NCBI RefSeq assembly: GCF_055900595.2 | Contig: NZ_CM148325.1 | Length of the DNA: 64,000 nucleotides | Strand: one strand, 5' to 3' | Shown here: positions 12,096-23,460 of the stretch, piece by piece | How positions within the stretch are numbered: the stretch's first letter is position 1 | Layout: the number at the start of each line of letters is the position of its first letter | Position numbers and translations under genes: made by a program | The notes under the pieces: model-generated | The model's database searches: none | The model's input: only the letters and a program-made list of their open reading frames with translations | What the model was told of the DNA's origin: nothing

Positions 12096-13750
12096 TCCGC
12101 GCGACCGCGCGCCAGCCACAGCACGCGTGAGAACATTTTTTTCAGCAGCGTCGGTACGGAATCCACACCACGACGTCCTGCCTCCATTGCCACTTCAATG
12201 GCAAGATCGGGTTTGGAAGAGCGATGGATCGCTTTCGAGATAATTTTACGCAGATTCATCGGCACATTTTCCGGGATCTGCGCCACGCGGTGGAACACAT
12301 CGGAAAATCCCTGGCGATACATAAAATGTTCCATATCCAGCGCCGGTAACGCCGTTAAATGTTCTCGTTCGGCTTCCCGATCGTTATTCAACAGGCTGCG
12401 TACCGTAGCGGCATATTTCTTCCCTGCTTCATCGCCATCGACCAGTACATGCCATTCAATCCCCATCCGGCGGGCGAATTTAACCAGTGGCTTTAGCCCG
12501 GACTGGGCAAACTCAATGACCTTGATCCCTTCGGCATCAAAATGATGTCCACACTGACGCGCCAGTTCATTGATAACCCAGGTTTCCGTTTCGCCTTCCA
12601 CCAGCAGCCAGCAGCGAGCAAACAGCGATGACGGACGGTTAAAACGAATGTGGAAAGAGATACGTCGGCTGTCTTCGGTACTCAAGCCACTCGGACCCAA
12701 ACGCCAGGCGGCAACGCGAGAGGACTCACGTACCAGACGGCAAACATGCTCTACCGGCGTTAACGAAAGCAACTCACCCGAGTTGGTGGTGGCAATGCGC
12801 TGCAATGGCAGAAGATTCAACAGATGCCAGGCAACTGAAAGCATAATGGGGTGTAAACGGGTTTCTGGATCTTCGATCAGCAACAATGGACGGGCGTCTT
12901 TATCCAGTCGCAATGTGCCTTTTGCCTGCAATAAAGTAGCAAACAGGCCGAGCAAAATAACCCGATACGAGCGCCCTCCTGGTCGGTCAATCATCCGGTT
13001 GATGATATCCAGATAGCGCCAGCTTCGTTGCTCATTACTGGCCCGCCGCCGCATTAAACGATATCGCGCTTGTCCGGCCCCCTGTTCAGAGAAATAATGC
13101 TCAAGCAGCTGTACCATTGCGGAAAGTCCCTGACGAATCTGCCCATCAGAGAGATTTTGCGGATGTGAGGATAACTCACGGGCGAGGAAATCGAGCTGGC
13201 GCGCGGTGACTTCCACATTAGGGACATTTGGCACCGTGCCGTTACGAATACGGCGCATAAAACGGGCATCACGCAAGCGCAGCACCGGCATTAAACGCAC
13301 CAGATGGCGTGCCTGATCGTTAATATCCTCGACATCAATCGGATGTCCGTCTTTATCGAGAAAACTGCGGAGTGTCATCACACTGCCATCTTCCGCACTC
13401 TCTCCTTCCAGGCGATAAAAAATTCGATGATAACCATCGGTGCATGGCGTCCAGCACGCTTCCAGCGGCCGATAGCGGCGAACCCGATGTCGGCCTGGCA
13501 GCGATTCGCGGAAGGTCAAAATAATATGCAGATGATGTTCTCGCCCGTTGATATCTCCCGGCGGGAACCAGAAATCGTCGCGCTCAAAATGGTAGAGATC
13601 TGATTCTGGCGATAGCAGCAGAGTTAAGGCGTCCAGCAAGCTGGATTTACCCCACGCGTTCTCCCCAATCAGGACGTTGTTTTGTTCCAGCATCAACGAC
13701 AAACGGTTGATACCGCGAAAACCCACAATTTCAACGCGCTCAAGAATCAT
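12092..13750 (-). CDS. ybjD: Predicted OLD-family ATP-dependent endonuclease YbjD
   Basis: 552-aa ORF; N-terminal P-loop GENAWGKSS; position conserved. Confidence 0.85.
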   Translation of the reverse strand: MILERVEIVGFRGINRLSLMLEQNNVLIGENAWGKSSLLDALTLLLSPESDLYHFERDDFWFPPGDINGREHHLHIILTFRESLPGRHRVRRYRPLEACWTPCTDGYHRIFYRLEGESAEDGSVMTLRSFLDKDGHPIDVEDINDQARHLVRLMPVLRLRDARFMRRIRNGTVPNVPNVEVTARQLDFLARELSSHPQNLSDGQIRQGLSAMVQLLEHYFSEQGAGQARYRLMRRRASNEQRSWRYLDIINRMIDRPGGRSYRVILLGLFATLLQAKGTLRLDKDARPLLLIEDPETRLHPIMLSVAWHLLNLLPLQRIATTNSGELLSLTPVEHVCRLVRESSRVAAWRLGPSGLSTEDSRRISFHIRFNRPSSLFARCWLLVEGETETWVINELARQCGHHFDAEGIKVIEFAQSGLKPLVKFARRMGIEWHVLVDGDEAGKKYAATVRSLLNNDREAEREHLTALPALDMEHFMYRQGFSDVFHRVAQIPENVPMNLRKIISKAIHRSSKPDLAIEVAMEAGRRGVDSVPTLLKKMFSRVLWLARGRAD

Positions 13751-14175
13751 ATCCCCTCCAGAAATATGTGACTTATCCTTTACGCTGGCAGTATAACGGG
13801 AAAGGCCTTGCTAATACGTGATGACATCACATTTAAGCATGGCAAATGTCTGAAAAATGAGCGAATAATCGCGTTATACTCCCTCTTGCTGATAAGTCTG
13901 CAAAAACAACAAAATCAAATAATTAGCATGATAAATTATTTTTTATTACGCCTAAAGGATTAAATCTTTTGCTTGCACTACACTGTCAATCAGACAAATG
14001 ACTATATGGGGCAACCCGCTGTTGCCCTAAATCAAATTTACTGGATTTATTTATCTGGTGAATGACTCGCCTTCGTTTTTAAAATAGCCGCGCATTATTT
14101 CCGTCGTCACTTTTTTACGACGACCCTATAAAACGACCATATTTTTCACAGGGTCAATTTTTAATTGAGGTGGAT

Positions 14176-14871
14176 ATGTTCAGAAAATTAGCAGCTGAAT
14201 GTTTTGGTACTTTCTGGCTTGTTTTTGGTGGCTGTGGTAGTGCCGTACTGGCCGCAGGCTTCCCGGAATTAGGCATTGGTTTTGCCGGCGTGGCGCTGGC
14301 ATTCGGTTTAACCGTTCTGACGATGGCCTTCGCTGTTGGTCATATTTCTGGTGGTCATTTTAACCCGGCGGTCACTATTGGCTTATGGGCTGGCGGACGT
14401 TTTCCGGCAAAAGAAGTCGTTGGCTACGTAATTGCCCAGGTTGTCGGCGGTATTGTTGCAGCGGCGCTGCTGTATTTAATTGCCAGTGGTAAAACGGGAT
14501 TTGACGCGGCAGCCAGCGGTTTTGCTTCTAACGGTTATGGCGAGCATTCACCAGGCGGTTATTCCATGCTTTCCGCGCTGGTAGTTGAACTGGTATTGAG
14601 TGCAGGTTTCTTGCTGGTGATCCACGGCGCAACCGACAAATTCGCTCCGGCGGGTTTTGCACCAATTGCCATTGGTCTGGCATTAACGCTGATTCACTTA
14701 ATCAGTATTCCGGTGACTAACACTTCCGTTAACCCGGCGCGCAGTACTGCGGTTGCCATCTTCCAGGGCGGCTGGGCGTTAGAACAACTGTGGTTCTTCT
14801 GGGTAGTGCCAATTATCGGCGGTATTATCGGTGGTCTGATTTACCGGACTCTGCTGGAAAAACGTAATTAA
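14176..14871 (+). CDS. aqpZ: Aquaporin Z
   Basis: 231 aa from [19 protein letters not shown]; two NPA motifs (HFNPAVT and SVNPARS). Confidence 0.95.
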   Translation: MFRKLAAECFGTFWLVFGGCGSAVLAAGFPELGIGFAGVALAFGLTVLTMAFAVGHISGGHFNPAVTIGLWAGGRFPAKEVVGYVIAQVVGGIVAAALLYLIASGKTGFDAAASGFASNGYGEHSPGGYSMLSALVVELVLSAGFLLVIHGATDKFAPAGFAPIAIGLALTLIHLISIPVTNTSVNPARSTAVAIFQGGWALEQLWFFWVVPIIGGIIGGLIYRTLLEKRN

Positions 14872-14881
14872 TTAACGCAGA

Positions 14882-14910
14882 AGGCCTGGCGCAATGTCAG
14901 GCCTTTTTTA
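14882..14910 (+). terminator. Intrinsic terminator of aqpZ
   Basis: Stem aggcctg/caggcct followed by tttttt. Confidence 0.75.
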
Positions 14911-14959
14911 AATATATTGATTCATCTTCCTGTTGCGCTCCTTGATGTGTTAAGCCACA

Positions 14960-15200
14960 TATAGTCACTGGCGCAGGGAGCGCGCAGGGGGCGGCCAATC
15001 GCCGCCGCCCCCTGCCCCCCCGGGCTCTGGCGAACAAAATCGCCGCTGCGCGGTGCCCTCGACTTATCCCTTGCGGCTACCGGGTCGGGCGCGAGGTAAC
15101 ATCCCGGTAAAACGCGCCCTCAGCCCACATCCATGTGGGCTGCCCCGGCCTTCAGGGAACGCCTCGGCGATTTTGACGCCACCAACACCGGTGCGGTTTG
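14960..15200. repeat. GC-rich structured extragenic element with nested inverted repeats
   Basis: Dyads cagggggcggc/gccgccccctg (about 14985-15014), cccacat/atgtggg (15124-15139) and a long-range pairing caaaatcgcc (about 15034-15043) with ggcgattttg (about 15166-15175); non-coding, sharply more GC-rich than flanks. Confidence 0.55.
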
Positions 15201-15355
15201 TAATTAAAGCGCAAGAATATCTTTAAATGAAAATGAATACCCTACCGATCCTTATGCATAACATTTCCTTTTAATTGCAACTTTACTCGTCCTTCCGCTT
15301 TCAGTAGTGTGTCATCGCGCATTTCGACTTCTTTCTTTGCAAGGACTGGTTTTTC

Positions 15356-16255
15356 ATGTTTTCTGGGCTGTTAATCATTCTGGTTCCCCTGATTGTGGGT
15401 TACCTCATTCCGCTTCGCCAAAAAGCTGCATTAAAGGTTATTAATCAGCTATTAAGCTGGATGGTTTACCTTATTCTCTTTTTTATGGGTATCAGTCTGG
15501 CGTTTCTCGATAACCTCGCCAGTAACCTGTTGGCGATTCTGCATTATTCCGCCGTCAGTATTACCGTTATTTTACTGTGTAATATTGCCGCCCTGATGTG
15601 GCTGGAGCGAGGCCTACCGTGGCGCAACCACCATCAGCAAGAAAAACTCCCGTCACGTATTGCGATGGCGCTGGAGTCCCTCAAGCTCTGCGGTGTGGTG
15701 GTGATTGGCTTTGCTATTGGCCTTAGCGGATTAGGTTTCTTACAACACGCTACGGAAGCCAGCGAATACACGTTAATTCTGCTACTTTTCCTCGTCGGTA
15801 TTCAGTTGCGCAATAATGGCATGACCTTAAAGCAGATTGTCCTTAATCGCCGGGGAATGATTGTCGCTGTGGTGGTGGTGGCCAGTTCTTTAATTGGTGG
15901 TTTAATTAACGCCTTTATTCTTGATCTTCCCATCAATACCGCGCTGGCAATGGCTTCCGGTTTCGGCTGGTATTCTCTTTCCGGTATTTTATTGACCGAA
16001 TCTTTTGGTCCGGTAATCGGGAGCGCGGCGTTTTTTAATGATTTGGCCCGTGAGCTGATTGCTATTATGTTGATCCCTGGGCTGATTCGCCGTAGCCGCT
16101 CGACTGCACTGGGCTTATGCGGTGCAACCTCGATGGATTTCACCCTGCCCGTTCTTCAACGTACTGGCGGGCTGGATATGGTCCCGGCGGCGATTGTTCA
16201 CGGTTTTATTCTCAGCCTGTTAGTACCTATCCTCATCGCCTTTTTCTCCGCGTAA
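15356..16255 (+). CDS. lysO: Lysine exporter LysO (YbjE)
   Basis: 299-aa polytopic membrane ORF in the position of ybjE between aqpZ and hcp. Confidence 0.88.
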   Translation: MFSGLLIILVPLIVGYLIPLRQKAALKVINQLLSWMVYLILFFMGISLAFLDNLASNLLAILHYSAVSITVILLCNIAALMWLERGLPWRNHHQQEKLPSRIAMALESLKLCGVVVIGFAIGLSGLGFLQHATEASEYTLILLLFLVGIQLRNNGMTLKQIVLNRRGMIVAVVVVASSLIGGLINAFILDLPINTALAMASGFGWYSLSGILLTESFGPVIGSAAFFNDLARELIAIMLIPGLIRRSRSTALGLCGATSMDFTLPVLQRTGGLDMVPAAIVHGFILSLLVPILIAFFSA

Positions 16256-16288
16256 TACCTCTCTGGCGGTAGATCCCTGCCGCCAAAA

Positions 16289-16302
16289 TTGCGCTAAATC
16301 AA
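16289..16302 (+). promoter_or_regulatory. FNR-type binding site in the hcp promoter
   Basis: TTGCGctaaATCAA matches the FNR consensus TTGAT-N4-ATCAA in 8 of 10 positions, about 100 bp upstream of the hcp ATG; hcp is a known anaerobically induced gene. Confidence 0.6.
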
Positions 16303-16398
16303 TCTCCCTTAAAGTTGGATGAAAAATCCCTTTTATCCCCGTGTTAAGCGTCTTAATCTTAAACATGTATATTAAATATAACTTTAAAAGGTGTGATC

Positions 16399-18051
16399 AT
16401 GTTTTGTGTGCAATGTGAACAAACTATCCGTACTCCGGCAGGAAACGGCTGCTCATACGCGCAGGGGATGTGTGGTAAAACGGCGGAAACCTCTGACCTT
16501 CAGGATTTACTCATTGCGGCGCTGCAAGGGCTTTCGGCCTGGGCGGTAAAAGCGCGTGAATACGGCATCATCAACCACGATGTAGACAGCTTCGCGCCGC
16601 GCGCATTTTTCTCAACTCTGACTAACGTTAACTTCGATTCTCCGCGTATTGTCGGCTACGCTCGTGAAGCAATTGCCCTGCGCGAGGCGCTGAAAGCACA
16701 GTGCCTGGCTGTAGATGCCAACGCCCACGTCGATAACCCGATGGCTGACCTGCAACTGGTGAGTGACGATCTCGGCGAACTGCAACGTCAGGCGGCGGAA
16801 TTTACTCCCAATAAAGATAAAGCGGCGATTGGCGAAAACATTCTCGGCCTGCGTCTGCTCTGCCTGTATGGCCTGAAAGGTGCTGCCGCCTATATGGAAC
16901 ACGCGCACGTTCTCGGTCAATATGACAACGATATTTACGCCCAGTACCATAAAATCATGGCATGGCTGGGTACCTGGCCTGCCGATATGAACGCACTTCT
17001 CGAGTGCTCCATGGAAATCGGCCAGATGAACTTCAAAGTGATGAGCATTCTGGACGCAGGCGAAACCGGTAAATACGGTCACCCGACGCCAACTCAGGTC
17101 AACGTCAAAGCGACGGCGGGTAAATGCATTCTGATTTCCGGTCACGATCTCAAAGATCTCTACAACTTGCTGGAACAGACCGAAGGCACGGGCGTTAATG
17201 TCTACACTCACGGCGAAATGCTGCCTGCCCACGGCTACCCGGAGCTGCGTAAATTCAAGCATCTGGTCGGTAACTACGGCAGCGGCTGGCAGAATCAGCA
17301 AGTAGAGTTCGCTCGCTTCCCTGGACCTATCGTGATGACCTCGAACTGCATCATCGACCCAACCGTAGGGGCTTATGACGATCGTATCTGGACCCGCAGC
17401 ATCGTTGGCTGGCCGGGTGTGCGTCATCTGGATGGTGATGATTTCTCAGCAGTTATTGCCCAGGCACAACAAATGGCGGGCTTCCCGTACAGCGAAATTC
17501 CGCACCTGATCACCGTGGGCTTTGGTCGTCAGACGCTGCTTGGCGCGGCGGATACGCTGATTGATCTGGTGAGCCGTGAAAAACTGCGTCATATCTTCCT
17601 GCTCGGTGGCTGTGACGGCGCACGCGGCGAGCGCCACTACTTCACCGATTTCGCCACCAGCGTGCCAGATGACTGCCTGATCCTGACTCTCGCCTGCGGT
17701 AAATATCGCTTTAACAAACTTGAGTTCGGCGATATCGAAGGTCTGCCGCGTCTGGTAGATGCTGGTCAATGTAACGATGCTTACTCAGCGATTATTCTGG
17801 CTGTCACTTTGGCAGAAAAACTGGGCTGCGGTGTCAACGATCTGCCGTTGTCGCTGGTACTCTCCTGGTTCGAACAAAAAGCGATTGTTATTCTGCTGAC
17901 GCTGCTTTCTTTGGGCGTGAAAAATATCGTTACCGGCCCGACTGCACCTGGCTTCCTGACGCCAGACCTGCTGGCGGTACTGAACGAGAAATTCGGCCTG
18001 CGTTCTATCACCACTGTTGAAGAAGATATGAAGCAACTGTTGAGCGCGTAA
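16399..18051 (+). CDS. hcp: Hybrid-cluster protein (hydroxylamine reductase / NO-stress protein)
   Basis: 550 aa from MFCVQCEQT with N-terminal Cys cluster C-x2-C-x(n)-C-x(n)-C. Confidence 0.95.
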   Translation: MFCVQCEQTIRTPAGNGCSYAQGMCGKTAETSDLQDLLIAALQGLSAWAVKAREYGIINHDVDSFAPRAFFSTLTNVNFDSPRIVGYAREAIALREALKAQCLAVDANAHVDNPMADLQLVSDDLGELQRQAAEFTPNKDKAAIGENILGLRLLCLYGLKGAAAYMEHAHVLGQYDNDIYAQYHKIMAWLGTWPADMNALLECSMEIGQMNFKVMSILDAGETGKYGHPTPTQVNVKATAGKCILISGHDLKDLYNLLEQTEGTGVNVYTHGEMLPAHGYPELRKFKHLVGNYGSGWQNQQVEFARFPGPIVMTSNCIIDPTVGAYDDRIWTRSIVGWPGVRHLDGDDFSAVIAQAQQMAGFPYSEIPHLITVGFGRQTLLGAADTLIDLVSREKLRHIFLLGGCDGARGERHYFTDFATSVPDDCLILTLACGKYRFNKLEFGDIEGLPRLVDAGQCNDAYSAIILAVTLAEKLGCGVNDLPLSLVLSWFEQKAIVILLTLLSLGVKNIVTGPTAPGFLTPDLLAVLNEKFGLRSITTVEEDMKQLLSA

Positions 18052-18062
18052 GGAGTTTGTCG

Positions 18063-19031
18063 ATGACGATGCCAACCAATCAATGCCCCTGGCGGATGCA
18101 GGTTCATCACATTACGCAAGAAACGCCGGATGTGTGGACGATTTCCCTGATTTGCCACGATTACTACCCATATCGCGCCGGGCAATATGCACTGGTCAGC
18201 GTGCGAAACTCAGCGGAAACGCTGCGTGCTTACACCATTTCCTCCACGCCAGGCGTGAGTGAATACATCACTCTGACCGTGCGGCGGATTGATGACGGTG
18301 TCGGTTCCCAGTGGCTGACCCGCGATGTAAAACGCGGTGACTACCTCTGGCTTTCGGACGCGATGGGGGAATTTACCTGCGACGATAAAGCAGAAGATAA
18401 ATTCCTGTTGCTGGCGGCCGGTTGCGGCGTCACACCGATTATGTCGATGCGTCGCTGGCTGGCGAAAAATCGCCCGCAGGCGGATGTGCAGGTGATCTAC
18501 AACGTGCGTACGCCGCAGGATGTCATTTTCGCGGATGAGTGGCGTAATTACCCGGTGACACTGGTAGCGGAAAACGATGTTACGGAGGGATTCGTTGCCG
18601 GACGTCTGACACGTGAACTGCTGACAAGCGTTCCTGATTTAGCCTCTCGTACTGTGATGACCTGTGGCCCGGCTCCGTATATGGATTGGGTAGAACAGGA
18701 AGTGAAAGCGCTCGGCGTGACGCGTTTCTTTAAAGAGAAGTTCTTTACGCCAGTGGCGGAAGCAGCAACCAGCGGTCTGAAATTCACCAAACTGCAACCG
18801 GCGCAAGAATTTTACGCACCTGTTGGCACCACACTGCTGGAGGCTTTGGAAAGCAACAAAGTTCCGGTTGTCGCCGCCTGCCGTGCGGGTGTTTGCGGCT
18901 GCTGTAAAACGAAGGTGGTTTCCGGTGAATATACGGTGAGCAGCACGATGACGCTGACCGACGCCGAAATCGCTGAAGGTTACGTACTGGCCTGCTCCTG
19001 CCATCCGCAGGGGGATTTGGTTCTCGCATAA
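18063..19031 (+). CDS. hcr: NADH oxidoreductase Hcr (partner of Hcp)
   Basis: 322 aa; FAD/NAD-binding ferredoxin-reductase fold with C-terminal 2Fe-2S motif CRAGVCGCCK; 5 nt after hcp. Confidence 0.93.
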   Translation: MTMPTNQCPWRMQVHHITQETPDVWTISLICHDYYPYRAGQYALVSVRNSAETLRAYTISSTPGVSEYITLTVRRIDDGVGSQWLTRDVKRGDYLWLSDAMGEFTCDDKAEDKFLLLAAGCGVTPIMSMRRWLAKNRPQADVQVIYNVRTPQDVIFADEWRNYPVTLVAENDVTEGFVAGRLTRELLTSVPDLASRTVMTCGPAPYMDWVEQEVKALGVTRFFKEKFFTPVAEAATSGLKFTKLQPAQEFYAPVGTTLLEALESNKVPVVAACRAGVCGCCKTKVVSGEYTVSSTMTLTDAEIAEGYVLACSCHPQGDLVLA

Positions 19032-19040
19032 TCGTATTAT

Positions 19041-19070
19041 GCCCGATGATATACCTGTCATCGGGCAGTT
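19041..19070 (+). terminator. Hairpin downstream of hcr (possible terminator)
   Basis: Stem gcccgatga/tcatcgggc; weak U-tract. Confidence 0.45.
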
Positions 19071-19163
19071 TAACCGTTAGTGCCTCATTTTTCTCCCATC
19101 TCTTCCCCCTCCGTCAGATGAACTAAACTTGTTACCGTTATCACATTCAGGAGATGGAGAACC

Positions 19164-20882
19164 ATGAAACAAACGGTTGCAGCTTATATCGCCAAAACAC
19201 TCGAATCAGCAGGGGTAAAACGCATTTGGGGAGTGACTGGCGACTCTCTGAACGGTCTTAGCGACAGTCTTAATCGCATGGGCACCATCGAGTGGATGTC
19301 CACCCGTCATGAAGAAGTGGCGGCCTTTGCCGCTGGCGCTGAAGCCCAACTTAGCGGGGAACTGGCGGTCTGCGCCGGATCATGCGGACCTGGCAACCTG
19401 CACTTAATCAATGGTTTGTTCGATTGTCACCGTAATCACGTTCCGGTACTGGCAATTGCCGCTCATATCCCTTCCAGCGAAATTGGCAGCGGCTATTTCC
19501 AGGAAACCCACCCGCAAGAGTTATTCCGCGAATGTAGCCATTATTGCGAGCTGGTTTCCAGCCCGGAGCAGATCCCACAAGTGCTGGCGATTGCTATGCG
19601 TAAAGCGGTGTTAAACCGTGGCGTTTCCGTTGTCGTGTTACCGGGCGACGTGGCGTTAAAACCGGCACCGGAAGGGGCAACCACGCACTGGTATCATGCG
19701 CCACAACCAGTCGTCACCCCAGAAGAGGAAGAGTTACGCAAACTGGCGCAACTGCTGCGTTACTCCAGCAATATCGCTCTGATGTGTGGCAGCGGTTGCG
19801 CGGGGGCGCATAAAGAGCTCGTCGAGTTTGCCGGAAAAATTAAAGCGCCTATTGTTCATGCCCTGCGCGGTAAAGAACATGTCGAATACGATAATCCGTA
19901 TGATGTCGGAATGACGGGATTAATCGGCTTCTCGTCAGGTTTTCATACCATGATGAACGCCGACACGTTAGTGCTGCTCGGCACCCAATTCCCCTACCGT
20001 GCGTTCTACCCGACCGATGCCAAAATTATTCAGATTGATATCAACCCGGCCAGCATCGGCGCGCACAGTAAGGTGGATATGGCACTGGTCGGTGATATCA
20101 AATCGACTCTGCGTGCATTGCTGCCTTTAGTGGAAGAAAAAACCGATCGCAAATTTCTGGATAAAGCGCTGGAAGATTACCGCGATGCCCGCAAAGGGCT
20201 GGACGATTTAGCTAAACCGAGTGAGAAAGCCATTCACCCGCAATATCTGGCGCAGCAAATTAGCCATTTTGCTGCCGATGACGCCATTTTCACCTGTGAT
20301 GTCGGCACACCAACGGTATGGGCGGCGCGTTATCTGAAAATGAACGGCAAGCGCCGCCTGTTAGGTTCGTTTAACCACGGTTCAATGGCCAACGCCATGC
20401 CGCAGGCGCTGGGTGCTCAGGCGACAGAGCCAGAACGTCAGGTGGTCGCCATGTGCGGTGATGGTGGTTTCAGTATGTTGATGGGCGATTTTCTCTCAGT
20501 GGTACAAATGAAGCTGCCAGTGAAAATTATCGTCTTTAACAACAGCGTGCTGGGCTTTGTAGCGATGGAGATGAAAGCCGGAGGCTACCTGACTGACGGC
20601 ACCGAACTGCACGACACCAACTTTGCCCGCATTGCTGAAGCGTGCGGTATTACGGGCATCCGCGTAGAAAAAGCCGCTGAAGTCGATGAAGCCTTGCAAC
20701 GCGCCTTTTCCATCGACGGCCCGGTGCTGGTGGATGTGGTAGTCGCGAAAGAAGAGTTAGCCATTCCGCCGCAGATCAAACTCGAACAGGCCAAAGGATT
20801 TAGCCTGTATATGTTGCGCGCAATCATCAGCGGACGCGGTGACGAAGTGATCGAACTGGCGAAAACGAACTGGCTAAGGTAA
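19164..20882 (+). CDS. poxB: Pyruvate oxidase (ubiquinone-dependent, thiamine diphosphate enzyme)
   Basis: 572-aa [35 protein letters not shown]-terminus typical of TPP enzymes; synteny. Confidence 0.93.
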   Translation: MKQTVAAYIAKTLESAGVKRIWGVTGDSLNGLSDSLNRMGTIEWMSTRHEEVAAFAAGAEAQLSGELAVCAGSCGPGNLHLINGLFDCHRNHVPVLAIAAHIPSSEIGSGYFQETHPQELFRECSHYCELVSSPEQIPQVLAIAMRKAVLNRGVSVVVLPGDVALKPAPEGATTHWYHAPQPVVTPEEEELRKLAQLLRYSSNIALMCGSGCAGAHKELVEFAGKIKAPIVHALRGKEHVEYDNPYDVGMTGLIGFSSGFHTMMNADTLVLLGTQFPYRAFYPTDAKIIQIDINPASIGAHSKVDMALVGDIKSTLRALLPLVEEKTDRKFLDKALEDYRDARKGLDDLAKPSEKAIHPQYLAQQISHFAADDAIFTCDVGTPTVWAARYLKMNGKRRLLGSFNHGSMANAMPQALGAQATEPERQVVAMCGDGGFSMLMGDFLSVVQMKLPVKIIVFNNSVLGFVAMEMKAGGYLTDGTELHDTNFARIAEACGITGIRVEKAAEVDEALQRAFSIDGPVLVDVVVAKEELAIPPQIKLEQAKGFSLYMLRAIISGRGDEVIELAKTNWLR

Positions 20883-20919
20883 AAAGGGTGGCATTTCCTG
20901 TCATAAATAAGGACATGCC

Positions 20920-21921
20920 ATGATTGATTTACGCAGTGATACCGTTACCCGACCGAGCCGCGCCATGCTCGAAGCAATGATGGCCGCCCCGGTTGGGGAC
21001 GACGTTTACGGAGACGACCCTACCGTTAATGCTCTGCAGGACTATGCGGCAGAGCTTTCCGGGAAAGAAGCCGCCATTTTTCTGCCTACCGGCACTCAGG
21101 CCAACCTGGTCGCTCTGCTCAGTCACTGCGAGCGCGGCGAAGAGTATATTGTCGGTCAGGCCGCGCATAACTATCTGTTTGAAGCCGGTGGCGCAGCGGT
21201 GCTGGGCAGTATTCAGCCGCAACCCATCGATGCTGACGCCGACGGTACGCTACCGCTGGATAAAGTCGCCATGAAAATCAAACCCGACGATATCCATTTC
21301 GCCCGCACCAAATTACTCAGTCTGGAAAACACCCACAATGGAAAAGTGCTGCCGCGGGAATACCTGAAAGAAGCATGGGAATTTACTCGCGAGCGCAATC
21401 TGGCACTGCATGTTGACGGTGCGCGCATCTTTAATGCCGTGGTGGCTTACGGCTGCGAACTGAAAGAGATCACGCAATATTGTGATTCGTTCACCATTTG
21501 TCTGTCGAAAGGTCTTGGTACGCCAGTCGGTTCATTACTGGTCGGCAATCGTGATTACATTAAACGCGCCATCCGCTGGCGGAAAATGACTGGCGGCGGG
21601 ATGCGTCAATCCGGCATTCTGGCTGCCGCAGGGATGTATGCGCTGAAAAATAACGTCGCACGCTTGCAGGAAGACCACGACAACGCAGCCTGGATGGCGG
21701 AGCAGTTGCGTGAAGCAGGCGCGGATGTGATGCGTCAGGACACCAATATGCTGTTTGTTCGCGTCGGACAAGAAAATGCTGCCGCGTTAGGCGAATACAT
21801 GAAAGCGAGAAACGTACTGATTAACGCCTCGCCGATTGTCCGCCTGGTAACCCATCTTGATGTCTCGCGTGAACAACTGGCAGAAGTCGCAGCCCACTGG
21901 CGCGCTTTCCTGGCGCGTTAA
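20920..21921 (+). CDS. ltaE: Low-specificity L-threonine aldolase
   Basis: 333-aa ORF, PLP aldolase family; synteny. Confidence 0.9.
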   Translation: MIDLRSDTVTRPSRAMLEAMMAAPVGDDVYGDDPTVNALQDYAAELSGKEAAIFLPTGTQANLVALLSHCERGEEYIVGQAAHNYLFEAGGAAVLGSIQPQPIDADADGTLPLDKVAMKIKPDDIHFARTKLLSLENTHNGKVLPREYLKEAWEFTRERNLALHVDGARIFNAVVAYGCELKEITQYCDSFTICLSKGLGTPVGSLLVGNRDYIKRAIRWRKMTGGGMRQSGILAAAGMYALKNNVARLQEDHDNAAWMAEQLREAGADVMRQDTNMLFVRVGQENAAALGEYMKARNVLINASPIVRLVTHLDVSREQLAEVAAHWRAFLAR

Positions 21922-21931
21922 GGAGAGAGAC

Positions 21932-23362
21932 GTGCCGCAACGCATTTTAGTTCTCGGTGCCAGTGGCTATATTGGTCAGCATCTGGTGCACGCGCTCAGC
22001 CAACAAGGGCATCAGATCCTGGCGGCAGCACGTCACGTCGACAGGCTTGCAAAACTGCAACTGGCAAACGTCAGTTGCCATAAAGTCGATCTCAGCTGGC
22101 CGGATAACCTTCCGGCCCTGTTGCAGAATATCGATACCGTCTATTTTCTGGTGCACAGCATGGGCGAAGGCGGCGATTTTATCGCTCAGGAACGCCAGGT
22201 AGCTCTTAACGTCCGCGATGCGCTGCGCGAAGCACCGGTTAAACAATTAATCTTTCTGAGTTCATTGCAGGCCCCGCCTCACGAGCAGTCGGACCATCTG
22301 CGCGCCCGTCAGGCTACGGCGGATATTCTTCGTGAAGCGGGTGTCCCGGTGACCGAATTGCGTGCCGGAATTATCGTTGGCGCAGGTTCAGCGGCGTTCG
22401 AAGTTATGCGCGATATGGTCTACAACCTGGCGGTGTTAACCCCGCCGCGTTGGGTTCGTTCACGCACCACGCCCATTGCACTGGAAAACCTGCTGCATTA
22501 TCTGGTGGCGTTACTGGACCATCCAGCCTGGGAACATCGCATTTTCGAAGCCGCCGGACCAGAGGTGCTCAGTTATCAACAACAGTTTGAACATTTTATG
22601 GCGGTGAGCGGTAAGCGCCGCTGGTTAATCCCCATCCCCTTTCCCACCCGCTGGATTTCGGTGTGGTTTCTCAATGTGATTACTTCCGTACCGTCAACCA
22701 CCGCCAAAGCGTTGATTCAGGGGCTGAAACACGATCTGCTGGCGGATGACACCGCGCTACGTGCACTCATTCCACAACAACTGATCGCTTTCGATGACGC
22801 GGTACGTCGCACGTTGAAAGAAGAAGAAAAGCTGGTCAACTCCAGCGACTGGGGATACGACGCTCAGGCCTTTGCCCGCTGGCGACCGGAGTACGGTTAT
22901 TTCGCCAAACAGGCGGGGTTTACCGTTAAAACGTCCGCCAGCCTTGCGGCTTTATGGCAGGTGGTGAATCAAATCGGCGGTAAAGAGCGTTATTTCTTTG
23001 GCAATATTTTGTGGCAAACCCGGGCGTTGATGGACCGCGCGATCGGTCATAAGCTGGCGAAAGGCCGCCCGGAGCGTGAATATTTGCAGACCGGAGATGC
23101 GGTGGATAGCTGGAAAGTGATTGTCGTTGAACCGGAAAAACAACTTACGCTGTTATTTGGCATGAAAGCGCCGGGGCTGGGACGACTGTGTTTTACCCTG
23201 GAAGATAAAGGTGACTATCGTACTATCGATGTTCGCGCATTCTGGCATCCGCACGGTATGCCGGGGCTGTTTTACTGGTTATTGATGATCCCCGCGCATC
23301 TGTTTATTTTTCGCGGAATGGCAAAACGAATCGCCAGACTGGCAGAACAAAGCACAGATTAA
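21932..23362 (+). CDS. ybjT: NAD(P)-binding Rossmann-fold protein YbjT
   Basis: 476 aa from a GTG start ([16 protein letters not shown]) preceded by GGAGAG; the ORF-track ATG at 21857 would overlap ltaE by 65 nt. Confidence 0.85.
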   Translation: MPQRILVLGASGYIGQHLVHALSQQGHQILAAARHVDRLAKLQLANVSCHKVDLSWPDNLPALLQNIDTVYFLVHSMGEGGDFIAQERQVALNVRDALREAPVKQLIFLSSLQAPPHEQSDHLRARQATADILREAGVPVTELRAGIIVGAGSAAFEVMRDMVYNLAVLTPPRWVRSRTTPIALENLLHYLVALLDHPAWEHRIFEAAGPEVLSYQQQFEHFMAVSGKRRWLIPIPFPTRWISVWFLNVITSVPSTTAKALIQGLKHDLLADDTALRALIPQQLIAFDDAVRRTLKEEEKLVNSSDWGYDAQAFARWRPEYGYFAKQAGFTVKTSASLAALWQVVNQIGGKERYFFGNILWQTRALMDRAIGHKLAKGRPEREYLQTGDAVDSWKVIVVEPEKQLTLLFGMKAPGLGRLCFTLEDKGDYRTIDVRAFWHPHGMPGLFYWLLMIPAHLFIFRGMAKRIARLAEQSTD

Positions 23363-23460
23363 TCGACAAAACCTGCGTTATTCTTTCATGTTTCCCATTG
23401 CATCAAGGGGGAAATCACGGAAGAATGCGCACGTCATTTTCTCAACAACAGTGGATTGAT

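Noticed and set aside
16612-17427. 271-aa minus-strand ORF opposite hcp, and 134/96-aa ORFs at 17781-18185
   Set aside because: Antisense to hcp/hcr with no supporting features; hcp on the + strand has the Cys-cluster motifs and correct length
19041-19070. Strong intrinsic terminator call after hcr
   Set aside because: Hairpin is present but lacks a clear U-tract; kept only as a low-confidence feature
21857-21931. Upstream ATG-extended start for ybjT, and similar upstream extensions in the ORF track for artP, artJ, potI, potG, ybjN, grxA, rcdA, mdfA, ybjG, dacC, bssR, gsiB, clpA, macA, aqpZ, hcp and hcr
   Set aside because: Extensions overlap upstream genes or promoters and give products longer than the known family lengths; internal starts with better RBS context reproduce the expected protein sizes
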